A program made the translations under genes and the position numbers. A stretch of DNA of 64,000 nucleotides from Pecten maximus (lineage: Eukaryota). The notes below the pieces were generated by a model. The model did no database searches. It had not been told where the DNA came from and saw only the letters and a list, made by a program, of their open reading frames with translations. Position 1 is the first letter of the stretch. Each line of letters opens with the position of its first letter. The stretch lies in assembly GCF_902652985.1 (NCBI RefSeq), contig NC_047016.1, forward strand, positions 13,950,001 through 14,014,000, in the 5' to 3' direction. Positions 42,177 through 64,000 of the stretch are shown here, in pieces.

Positions 42177-45100
42177 TCACAAGTCCAAGGCCATATATGT
42201 CTGTCCATGCATTACAGGGTCTCTTGTCCATATAACACTTGCCACCATTTCTGATACAACAGCCATCTTTGTTTTCAGCTGTAGAGATAAAACATATTCA
42301 GATTGTAAATCAACTGAACAGTAATTATGATACGGTTTAATAAGACATGTTTAACAGCTTATTTTACCTAGCCTAGAATGGTAAGTTTATGCTTTGGTGA
42401 AGCTTCCATTGTCTGTTTGTCTTTCAACAATATCTTTAAATCTCTACTTGTCTATATAAACAAAGGGTCAGGCCTATACTAATAGAGGAAACAGGTAACA
42501 TTTTAAAATTCCTTCTGTACTGCTAAAGGGATTTGGGTCACATTTGGTCAACAACATCACTTGATGAAGGGGAATTTTTCTACAAAATGTCTGGTACTAA
42601 GACTCGGATACAAAAACAGGTACATTTTTGTAGATCTCTGTAGCAGTATTATGAACAAGATGGTTACAGAAATATTGATTATTGAGATGAAAAATGCATG
42701 TCCACTGGACCTCTTGTTATTTTCATTCTGAAACATTAAGGACTTTTGAAAGGTGCTGAACTTATGAGGGGATAACCAATCTAGTTTTTAGACTGAGCAA
42801 GAAAATGTAGGATGATAAATGATGACATCAAAGATGTACTGCCGTCTGATTACTGCTGGATCTTTTTTATACACAAAAAATGGCCATTAAGACATTACTA
42901 TCAATAATATAAATGTAGACGGGGTACAAGAAAGAAAAAAAGATTATCAATATCTAGGATTTTTTAGGTACTTACTTTTCCTGAATTATTATTTTTTGTC
43001 CATCTTCATTATACCTGAACACAAACTTGTGAACCTGTTTTTCAAATCTTACCTCACTCAAAACAAAATATACCAGCAGATTCTTCTTCCTCCAACATTT
43101 ACTATTTCCCTGCACGACTTCTCTCACATTTCTACAGCAGTCCATCACATCTCCCACCATGATCACATGAACTATCACCTTATCCATGAATGGTCTTAAA
43201 TGGACATGACAATCCTTCTTCTGTTCCTTGATAAGATTTTCTGTGTATTTTGTGATAGCATCACAGTCAAACTGAGTGTGGTAGTATACGGTACAGTTTG
43301 TGTCAACAAGATCACATGTTTCCTGGGAATCGCACACCGCCACCTAGAACAGAACAATCAGTATGATGGCCGTAGAAGGTAATTGTGATAAACAAGCATG
43401 CTAGGGTATTGCTAAAGCTATACGTGTTCCCTATCGGCCCCCGCTAAAAATAGTAACAGCGACTTTGACCCAAAAATCCTGAAACTCAAACTTGATCTGT
43501 AGTTACTCATACTGAAGTTACATGCCAACTTTCACCAACATACCTTAAAGAATGGCTGACAAAAGTATGGAAAACTGAGTGGACTGACTGACAGAAGGAC
43601 AGACAGACAGACGGATGGGGAGGAAACCTATAGTCCCCCTTCACCTATGGTCAGTACCTGGCAACTGCCCCACACAGGTTTTGAACTCGCAACCCAGAGG
43701 TGGAGGGCAAGTGATAAAGTGTCAGGACACCTTAACCACTCGGCCACTGCGGCCCCTTTAAACTTGTTTGCCCTCTAGACCAGCATGATAAAGACAACAA
43801 TAACATATTTTTAGGTGTGAATTTTTTTTTTTTTAAATGTCATCAGTCTTTGTAGAAAGGCAGAGAACGAGTCGATACCTACACACTTCATAATCTTGAT
43901 TGTTTCCGATACACAATTCCAATTTCAAATGGCAAACTTCATTTGAAATGGCAAAATGTGTTTGATGAGACAAAATTCAAATGTCTATAACTTTAAAGTT
44001 AGCACATGACTAATTGAAATATCAAATTGCAGATTTTACCATAAAATTTGTATGAATTTGAAGAATATGACAATATATGATATATACTGGTATGTATTTA
44101 AACGTATTATTTGTGACCATATCATTTCAGGATGTATCTAAAGAATATCATAGCACTTCTTTAATGTGAACAGCTTTTTGTTAATACAAATGTATTTGAA
44201 TGGTGTATTAATTGTGACCATGTGATTATTTGATAAGAGGTTTGGCTGATGTGAACATATATTTCAAGGTACACATGACAGCATTTGGATAATGTCACCT
44301 TAAGGTGCCGAGCCCCCAAGTCCCTTTGTAGACATGTGACAAGTTCTGTATCACAGCATCCGGCCACTTGAACATGCATCTCATTTTCTGGAAAACAAAA
44401 AGATGTACAGCTTGTTGGACAGCTAACACAATAAATGAAAAACTTTTAATTTTCATATTATCATGTAGAGGGTATACATCTACAGTCTGAAGAACAATAC
44501 TACAACATATTTTACATGTATAAGAACAAAGACACAAAACTATCAAAACTGGCTATCACTCTGAAGGTGTGATCCAGTATACCTATTACTAGGAATAACT
44601 ATATTTCTTGGAGAATGTTAAGTTTTTTGCTGATTTAAATTTTTCATCAATAATTGTTATCATCTTCCCAGTTTTGGAATAGAAGTAACTACAGGTCATT
44701 TTGTCCTGGTTTACAGCCAAAAGTATCTTCGCTAATTTCCTAAAGACGGAATGGTGTAAAATGTAGGTAGAGAAAAACACTCAAGTTAATCTACACCTTT
44801 TACAATTTATTGATTCCTGGTAGTCCATAATGTCTCTCTCTTTTCCCTCCATCATGAGTAGATTACATACCTTTTAGAATCCCTTCTGCAGCATAGATGT
44901 CTTTTCTTAACGTTACCTGTCAGTAAAATCATCAATCACAATACTGATATCTGACAAGAGTTAAATTACCTATCATTAAGAAGCAATGGTGCATGGTTGT
45001 CTGGGACAGTGTGAAATGGAACATCCTTCCGTTAATATACATCTTTCACAAATTTGTTTTCCTCCTAACTGTTTATAAAATACATTGCTATGTCCATCAC

Positions 45101-48100
45101 CTGAGCTAATTCTAAATGATAATGTTCTTCAACATTTATGTCCAGCTTTACATCAGTTTACATAATGACAACACTACAGTGAGGCAAAGTTAGGAGAGAG
45201 TTCAACTATAACTATTGGTATTAAAGACTTCGTCATTTCTCAGGCAGTCCACTACATCAATTACTTCCCTTCTTGGATTTTCATCCATCTTTGGATGTAA
45301 TGACAATCATTTAAGGAGTGACTTTTTTCAGACCTCATGAGATATTAACAATCTTGATATTCCATAAACATACACTAACCTCGTCAGTTGATATAACAAA
45401 TATATAATAAATTGTTTAAAAGTTGATAAGAAATTAGGCTAGTTATAGTTTAACAATAATTTTATATTTTTGATCAATAATTTCTGGTAAAACAACCTTG
45501 ACCAAATTTTACAAAACTCTATAGCACTTTTCGGTCTAATCCTACATGCCTATTTTAAAGAATATAAATACTGAGGTTTTAAAGTAAAGGAGAAACAATT
45601 TTTTACTAAACAAGTGATTAAGCTAATCACCTTTTAAACACATGGGCCATGAGCATACAATATTTAGAGAGCAATATGATCTTAGGGAAACAAGATATTA
45701 ATCAAAACACAACATTGATAGAAACATGCTTACAACATGTTGATATACATTAGATATCTGTAGTATTAACAGTTATTTCCCTGAACCTTTACTGTGTACC
45801 CAAATTGGAACGACTAATCTTTCACTAGCCTAAAACCTGCATTAGCAAAACTCAACAAAAAAACTATTTTCTGTAGCAAATACTTATTGCTGGCAAAATC
45901 AAATAAAAGGTGCTGTTAAAATGCCCAATGATTTATCCAGGAGATAATGTATGTAATCTGTAGCTTGGGTCTCACTGGTTTGAAAATCAGTATTTTTATG
46001 GAAATACAGAATGTATGTAATTTATCAATTTGATGTTGCATCCTTTTCACTAATTGCAAAAAAGTAACTGGTTTACCTTCCAAAGATTAGTAGGGCCTTC
46101 TACAAGTCTAGCCTTTGTGCCAGCATATTTCAATGCAAGATGGAGACATTCTGTACCAAAGTCAAAATCGTCATCTGTGGCCTGAAACATCATACATGTA
46201 TATTACTATATTACCTATTTAGACATTAACTGATGTATGTCTATAATAAAAGGACATAAGGTGTCACATTTTTCTTCAACATTCTGTACATGTATCTTTA
46301 TTTGTGAACAAAAACAAGGACTGACTGTATTTTACAGGTGGCTAATTACAATACAATGACGTGAAAATCAGTATTAAATCTTTTGTTGCTGTAATGAAAA
46401 GTTTCTATTTCATATTTTGTTTTTAAATCAACAAATAAATATCTTCCTGATGAATGTGCTTTTTTATTAGCTCAGACCAAAGAAACTTCTAATTCAAGAT
46501 AGTAAAAGTGGTCATTATCAGCTTCTACTGTGACCTGCCACCAGTTAACTATAATAATACTGTATTTGATATAATTAATCAAGTTGATTAATATCATGAT
46601 GATAAGCTTGACATGTTATTTTAATTAGAAATATGAAATCATTCATTTATTTACAAATGCAGGATTATGCATTTATATGTGAAATAGACCTTTTCGTATG
46701 CAGATAGAATAACAGAGAAGATGAATCCTTGTGGCATCTCGCTGGCCCGATATTTGATTCGGTCCAGTGACTCCTCAAGGTAGCCACATCCATCAGATGC
46801 GATCACTGTTGAAATCAGCGGACGGTGAACACCTGCTGCCTGGAATAAATATAACACTTATAACTATTCTCAAACTCACAATATTGCAATATTAACTGTC
46901 AATTTATATTTAAAATATAATATACATATGCCATACCCTGTCTGATGTCTGATACACATTGCCATCACTCATCACAAAGCCACTATATCTAACTAACACA
47001 GAATTCTCTTATTCAATGGTTCTGTCAAAAAGTATATTATGATTAATAATTTAGTGATTTTTTTTTTGTCATTTCAGAAATGCCATCTTCTTTCTTTAAA
47101 CTCTTGCCCCAATTTTAATTTAAAGTAAGACAAGAATGACAGCCATACTGGAGCTCACCCCGGTTTCCTTGGCAGCCTTGGCTACTTCATGTATTATACT
47201 CTCACCAACAAATAGGCGTACAGCATCATGTATTATCACCACATCAGAAGGCTCCAACACTATAACCAGAAAGTACTGTAAACAGATACATCACAGAGAA
47301 AGACATCCACTTAACCCCTGATAGAGCTGATAGGCTATACATAGTGTCAAGAAGTATAGTTGTAGACAGACTTAATTCTGTGTTTGACCTGTTACATTTT
47401 TTGAAAATGGAACTTAACACTGTCAAGTTTCGAAGTATTTGGCTTACAAGGGAATATTCTTTGACATAAATCACATTGCTTTGCTACTATAACTGAAGTT
47501 TTTCTGTCAGGTAAAAATCATCACACTTTTATGGGTGTCCAAACTGTCTACATAAATCAAAACAGTAAGTAGTGATATTACTGAAAATCATTGATAGTGG
47601 ACCTCCATTCTACATTACAGGATGTCCGACATTTCAGATGATCCATACATAAACATGACCACTAAATGACAGAAAACTATGGAATGATTACTGACAACAA
47701 AGTATTGGACTTTTGTGATAATTCTGACATAATATGATTCCCACTAAACAGACAATGGTAGTTATGGCACCACAGGGTGTGACACACTTTAATTAATTCA
47801 TATATCATATTCACTTTATGAAGGAAACAGTCCATCTATTGTTCTGTACAAACTGTTTGTTTCACATCTTTGTCACACCTGATTTAAGGGACTTTACACC
47901 ATTGTATATAGATCTGTGACGTGTGTGAGCTCCTCTGACCACCATCACTTTGTTGTAACAATGGCTCTCCACCAGTTCCTCCATATAGTCAATGTAGGGC
48001 TGAGACACCACCACAGCAATGTGCTTCACATAACTCAGTCTGTCAAAAAAAGGGCAAGTGCTTACTTCATATAACAACAACTCCTTCAAAGCAGACTCAG

Positions 48101-48793
48101 CTAGCCTATTGATGACATATTTTATGTGAACAGCCACTGATAAACAAAGTCTAGCACATCTGTTTTGTTTGGCAAGCTGTTTGAGTATTTACTTATCTGT
48201 ATTTTAAATTCAAGATTCTGTATTTATGTATAAAATAGAGACATCTGTATTTTAATTGGATATATCTGTATTTAAAATACAGATATCTCTAATTGTTAAA
48301 TAAATAGAGATATATTAATTAAAAATGGTTTACTTTTTTTACAATTATTTCCTTGTTATATATCTCTGAAAGTGTTATTGTGCACGCATAAATGCATGGT
48401 TATGTGGTAAAACTTATCAGCATCATAACATGACCAATATATGCATTATAATGTGATCATCTATTTCCAAATTTATTTGATTTCAAATTCCCATTCACTC
48501 TGTTCATCTTTCATCAACAATCAAAATTTCAAGATTTTTTTCTTAGCTGATTGCTCATTATGTGAGATTATGACTAGATGCCTAGATTTAAATGATATCA
48601 CTCCATTTCACTATATTGTATTGACATTACAATTGTTAGAGATACTGTACGTGTGAAAGTTCTGGATCGTGTAAAGGATGATGGGTCTATCTAACACCGG
48701 ACAAAACTGTTTTGGCGTGGAGCTCCCAAAACGCTCCCCAGTTCCCCCAGCAGGCAGGACCACACTCACATGTAGGTCGTCTGTGTCAGCCAT
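42177..48793 (-). CDS. CRPPA: D-ribitol-5-phosphate cytidylyltransferase (ISPD/CRPPA), 9 coding exons
   Basis: Exons 48793-48651, 48039-47879, 47259-47159, 46839-46690, 46181-46077, 44916-44871, 44387-44299, 43343-43053, 42278-42177; in phase. [63 protein letters not shown] and an animal-type C-terminal domain. Confidence 0.94.
43391..43640 (+). mobile_element. Short HINE-like element with a (GACA)n tract
   Basis: Starts AACAAGCAT..GTATTGCTAAAGC, ends CTATAGTCCCC; same family as 55125-55721 in reverse. Confidence 0.6.
43641..43756 (-). mobile_element. tRNA-derived SINE 5' head, 3'-truncated
   Basis: Minus strand GGGGCCGCAGTGGCCGAGTGGTTAAGG (A box), GAGTTCAAAACC (B box), then GGGGCAGTTGCCAGGTACTGACC. 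Confidence 0.75.
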
Positions 48794-49890
48794 TGCTAAA
48801 AACAGAAAACAAGTTAAGTTTACTGTTACAGAAGTCCAAAACATAAAACTATTAGTTCTCAGTGTTAAATTTTGTTGACAAAAATGTTATGAGTTTAAAG
48901 AACATTAACTTATTAATAAAAATATCTCTTACATAAATCAATTTCATATAATGATATAAATATATATATAATTTTAGAATATATATGTTTATAATTTTAG
49001 AATATATACCTACAAAAATGTACGGTATATATACAATTGCTAGTACCTGTACATGAATAGTATGTCACACTAGGTTTGTAATCACAAAGTTTTTTTCTTT
49101 TTATTGATTTGCCTTACTTAAATCAATTGATTTATTCAGATTATATACTAGAGGGTACACTGAAACAACTGATCTACAGGATAAGACCCTATACATACTG
49201 TACATACAGCTGTATGATCAGATTCTAAAACTTGGACTTAAGAAGATGTCTTCGGGCCACATATCTAGACTGCAGGCTGGCTATGGGTTAATTGACCAAA
49301 TATAAAAAATATGTATCTTACAGATTTTTATGGTTTTACATAACCATCAACCTCAATTAGTGGTGGGGATCAAACCTGCAGCCCTCGGACACCAGCCACT
49401 GGGTATAGATTGAGATAAAAAAGGAATTTCATACAGTACAAAGTAAGCTGCAGTGTGACCATGTCTCTATTCATAATTATGCTACACTACTCTCTTCTTT
49501 TTAAATGTATTCACCCTGAACACTGAATCAACTCAAGTTCTAACTATAACCAAGCCCCTCAATTTCATATAGCTTAAATATTGTCCTTGGGGTGGTCAAT
49601 GGCACCAATTCCAAATGAAACAGGAAAGTGTCTACAACATCGAAAATATAATAACTTAACTTACTATGAACAAGCATGCGCATACAATGAAAATTCAGGA
49701 ATATCAACAACCAGATCCGCCCAGCCTTCGAGAATAAATTAAACCGATACCCGGCCGTTGCTCAACCGTGCATGCAGACAGCTACTGAGCTAGCAAACCC
49801 AACAGACATTTTATCTTTTTTTTCTGTAACATTCCAACAACATGTGTTCTTACATGCGCTAGTAGCACATTTGATTATTATATATACAGT

Positions 49891-49926
49891 CAGAGACTTA
49901 TAATTCATGTGATATATAAGTCCCTG
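49891..49926. mobile_element. 36-bp hairpin micro-element
   Basis: CAGAGACTTATA-12 nt-TATAAGTCCCTG; arms match at 11/12 positions. Confidence 0.55.
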
Positions 49927-50149
49927 ATACCAGAATCCATTGTAGAGCGAGCACTGTTAGCTTACACAACATACTTAACCTGGTTGGGCTAGTTGTTCTT
50001 GTGAAATAATGACGGAACTATTGAGTTTACGTTGCTTTTTGGCGAACCCTGACAATGAATTTCAATGCATATACCAATATCTGCAGATCCGTCAAAATTA
50101 ATGCCTGAAATGTCACAATTAGAAAACCAACAGGCCCGGCACTACTCTT

Positions 50150-50303
50150 CTCATCGTACCTACCGGATGTTTATAAAAAGTATAGGCGGTCTTCAACCGG
50201 AAGTAAACTTATCGTATACATCATTATAGCTGATTGGTCATTTGAGTTGTTCCTGGCCCAATGAACAGTTACGTATCTAACATTCGTAGGCAAAACGTCC
50301 AAA
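50150..50303. promoter_or_regulatory. Putative bidirectional promoter ISPD/RNF113A
   Basis: CpG-rich; ETS site CCGGAAGT at 50197-50204, ACCGGATGT at 50162, ATTGG and CCAAT boxes at about 50233-50261, YY1-like AAAATGGC over the RNF113A ATG. The ISPD ATG exon has a splice acceptor at 48796-48797, implying an upstream 5' UTR exon. Confidence 0.65.
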
Positions 50304-60384
<10,081 letters not shown>

Positions 60385-61598
60385 TGTAACAGTGTATAGG
60401 ACAATAATGGGAGAGGCACTAATGAACATGTGCTATAAGTATTCTTACTATAGTTTGCAATGATATATATTTTCAAGGCTGGTGGTGTGAATTCATCATT
60501 AGTTGGTGTGTCACTCTTGATAGTACTACAACCTGGTGACAGTGACAAAGGAGTGATAATCTGCACTAACAATTGTTGAGAAAAATATAGGAATTGTTGA
60601 AAAAAGATTGATGGACTTATATGGAGACTGGTAAGCAAAACCTGCAGATCTTACTACAGACCTGATAAGCTGATTTCTAGATCTTACAACTCTGGTTCAT
60701 TATTTCAGTCCTTAGAAACACTGCTGTTGAGTTTTGACAATAACTTTTGTAGACAATTCTTAAGTCATGTATTTATTTTGATGATCATATCACAATATGT
60801 TTGCTTCCCTTATTGTACTATTGTACTAAGCCCAGGGAAGTTACATTTACGGATCCATTAACAACAATTAAAAAAAAAAATCAAAGCATTCATATACATC
60901 TGGCCATAGTTTTCACTGTAAGATGTGAATATCCTGTTGTAATTGTGTTTAATACATACCATTTGTACATTTTGTATCTATATGATGTACATGTATATGA
61001 AATACAAAAGTATGATACAGGTGTTCATATCATCTAGAAACTAACTACAGTAATTACTAGTGATTTGGTGCTATAGATCATGAGTTTGAGGTCAAGACAG
61101 GGCACAAGTAAAAACTATTGCCTTAATTTGTCTTTTGTATTTCTATATATGTTATTATAGAATGCATTGTACAATATTCATTTTCGTTGTTGTTGATCTG
61201 AAGGATTAAAATAATGTATCCAATTATTGAACACCAAATGCATCAGTGATGTTGATAAGGTTTTCAATGTGAATTACTTGGCACAATCATGTACATGTAT
61301 GTACTATAGACGTGAACATTTATGTGAGGAGAAAATTAATGATAGATAAGTGAAGGTCAAAATCCCTCTCACAAGTATTATTTTGTGATATATGAGGTAT
61401 GACGGAATAGGTAAAAAAGAAAAGTTCATAAAAATAATAAACCCCTTCATGTATATTTTATCTATCAAAATCGCGAAATTAAACGTCTGCAGAAATAACG
61501 ATGTTTATAATACAAATGTATAATGCATACTGTTGAAGTTTTGATTAAAAGATAATCATATGAAAAGAATTGGGTTGTTCAGCACTAAATTTCACTTC

Positions 61599-64000
61599 GG
61601 TATTCCTTTCTCAAGACAGGTGTATACACGAATCTCTTGTTGGGTATTCCTTACTCTGGACAGGTGTATACACGAATCTCATGTTGGGTATTCCTTACAT
61701 TGGACAGGTGTATACACGAATCTCCTGTTGGGTATTCCTTACTCTAGATAGGTGTATACACGAATCTCCTGTTGGGTATTCTTTACTCTAGATAGGTGTA
61801 TACATGAATCTCATATTGGGTATTCTTTACTCTAGATAGGTGTATAAACAAATCTCATGTTGGGTATTCCTTACTCTAGATAGGTGTATACACGAATCTC
61901 ATATTGAGTATTCCTTACTCTAGACAGGTGTATACACAAATCTCATGTTGGGTATTCCTTACTCTTGACAGGTGTATACACGAATCTCATATTGGGTATT
62001 CTTTACTCTGGACAGGTGTATACACGAATCTCCTGTTGGGTATTCCTTACTCTGGACAGGTGTATACACAAATCTCATGTTGGGTATTCCCTACTCTGGA
62101 CTGGTGTATACACAAATCTCCTGTTGGGTATTCCTTACTCTAGATATGTGTATACACGAATCTCATGTTGGGTATTCTTTACTCTAGATAGGTGTATACA
62201 TGAATCTCCTGTTGGGTATTCCTTACTCTGGACATGTGTATACACAAATCTCCTGTTGGGTATTCCTTACTCTAGATAGCTGTATACACGAATCTCCTGT
62301 TGGGTATTCTTTACTCTGGACAGGTGTATACACGAATCTCATATTGAGTATTCCTTACTCTGGACTGGTGTAAACTCGAATCTCCTGTTGGGTATTCCTT
62401 ACTCTGGGCAGGTGTATACATGAATCTCATATTGGGTAGTACTTACTCTGGACAGGTATATACATGAATCTCATATTGGGTATTCCTTACTCTGGACAGG
62501 TGTATACATGAATCTCTTGTTGGGTATTCCTTACTCTAGACAGGTGTATACACAAATCTCCTGTTGGGTATTCCTTACTCTGGACAGGTGTATACATGAA
62601 CCTCTTGTTGGGTATTCCTTACTCTGGAGAGGTGTATACACAAATCTCATGTTAGGTATTCCCTACTCTGGACAGGTGTATAAACGAATCTCATGTTGGG
62701 TATTCCTTACTCTAGACAGGTGTATACACGAATCTCCTGTTGGGTATTCCTTACTCTGGACAGGTGTATACATGAATCTCATGTTGGGTATTCCTTACTC
62801 TGGAGAGGTGTATACACGAATCTCCTGTTGGGTATTCCTTACACTGGACAGGTGTATACACAAATCTCATGTTGAGTATTCCTTACTCTGGACAGGTGTA
62901 TACACAAATCTCATGTTGGGTATTCCTTACTCTAGACAGGTGTATACACAAATCTCCTGTTGGGTATTCCTTACTCTGGACAGGTGTATACACGAATCTC
63001 CTGTTGGGTATTCCTTACTCTGGACAGGTGTATACACGAATCTCCTATTGGGTATTCCTTACTCTAGACAGGTGTATACACGAATCTCGTGTTGGGTATT
63101 CCTTACTCTGGACAGGTGTATACACAAATCTCATGTTGGGTATTCCTTACTCTAGACAGGTGTATACACGAATCTCATGTCGGGTATTCCTTACTCTAGA
63201 CAGGTGTATACACAAATCTGTTGGGTATTCCTTACTCTAGACAGGTGTATACACAAATCTCCTGTTGGGTATTCCTTACTCTAGATATGTGTATACACGA
63301 ATCTCATGTTGGGTATTCTTTACTCTAGATAGGTGTATACATGGATCTCCTGTTGGGTATTCCTTACTCTGGACAGGTGTATACACAAATCTCTTGTTGG
63401 GTATTCCTTACTCTAGATAGGTGTATAAACGAATCTCATGTTGGGTATTCCTTACTCTAGACAGGTGTATACACGAATCTGCTGTTGGGTATTCCTTACT
63501 CTGGACAGGTGTATACACGAATCTGCTGTTGGGTATTCCTTACTCTGGACAGGTGTATACACGAATCTCATGTTGGGTATTCCTTACTCTAGATAGGTGT
63601 ATACACGAATCTCCTGTTGGGTATTCTTTACTCTGGACAGGTGTATACACGAATCTCCTGTTGGGTATTCCTTACTCTAGATAGGTGTATACACGAATCT
63701 CCTGTTGGGTATTCCTTACTCTGGACAGGTGTATACACGAATCTCCTGTTGGGTATTCCTTACTCTAGATAGGTATATACATGAATCTCATATTGGGTAT
63801 TCCTTACTCTGGACAGGTGTATACACGAATCTCCTGTTGGGTATTCCTTACTCTAGATAGGTGTATACACGAATCTCCTGTTGGGTATTCCTTACTCTGG
63901 ACAGGTGTATACACGAATCTCCTGTTGGGTATTCCTTACTCTAGATAGGTGTATACACGAATCTCATATTGGGTATTCCTTACTCTGGACAGGTGTATAC
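61599..64000. repeat. 44-bp satellite array, about 54 copies, running off the window end
   Basis: Unit GGTATTCCTTACTCT(G/A)GA(C/T)AGGTGTATACACGAATCTC(C/A)TGTTG. Confidence 0.97.

Noticed and set aside
42976-43052. Apparent premature stop in ISPD if the exon runs to the GTAAGT donor at 42975
   Set aside because: The donor GAG|GTAAGA at 43053/43052 is in phase with the last exon and restores the conserved C-terminus
42177-48793. IspD-like gene as a horizontally acquired MEP-pathway enzyme
   Set aside because: It is intron-rich and has the animal CRPPA C-terminal domain; this is a standard metazoan gene
61560-63684. Many overlapping ORFs and a CRISPR-like periodicity
   Set aside because: The ORFs are translations of a 44-bp repeat cycling through frames; there are no unique spacers or cas genes, and the context is eukaryotic

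Overview
This is AT-rich, intron-rich eukaryotic DNA. The gene content and repeat styles point to a mollusc, probably a bivalve (inference). Six spliced genes were reconstructed by hand with phase-consistent GT-AG introns: the 3' part of MTRR (+), IQCB1/NPHP5 (-), HUS1 (+), one divergent GIMAP/AIG1 GTPase (+), ISPD/CRPPA (-) and RNF113A (+). IQCB1/HUS1 and ISPD/RNF113A are head-to-head pairs on CpG-rich intervals. The non-coding space holds a decayed 5'-truncated RLE-type (HERO-like) retrotransposon, a LINE 3' relic, tRNA-derived SINEs, several satellite-bearing HINE-like elements, MITEs and five larger tandem arrays. I see no clear wholly new system. The best leads are a 1.7-kb element with perfect 16-bp TIRs and a 5-bp TSD, two 36-43 bp hairpin micro-elements, a GIMAP with altered G2/G4 motifs, and a 70-bp array that includes the HUS1 stop-codon region. 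All identities come from motif recognition only; no searches were run.
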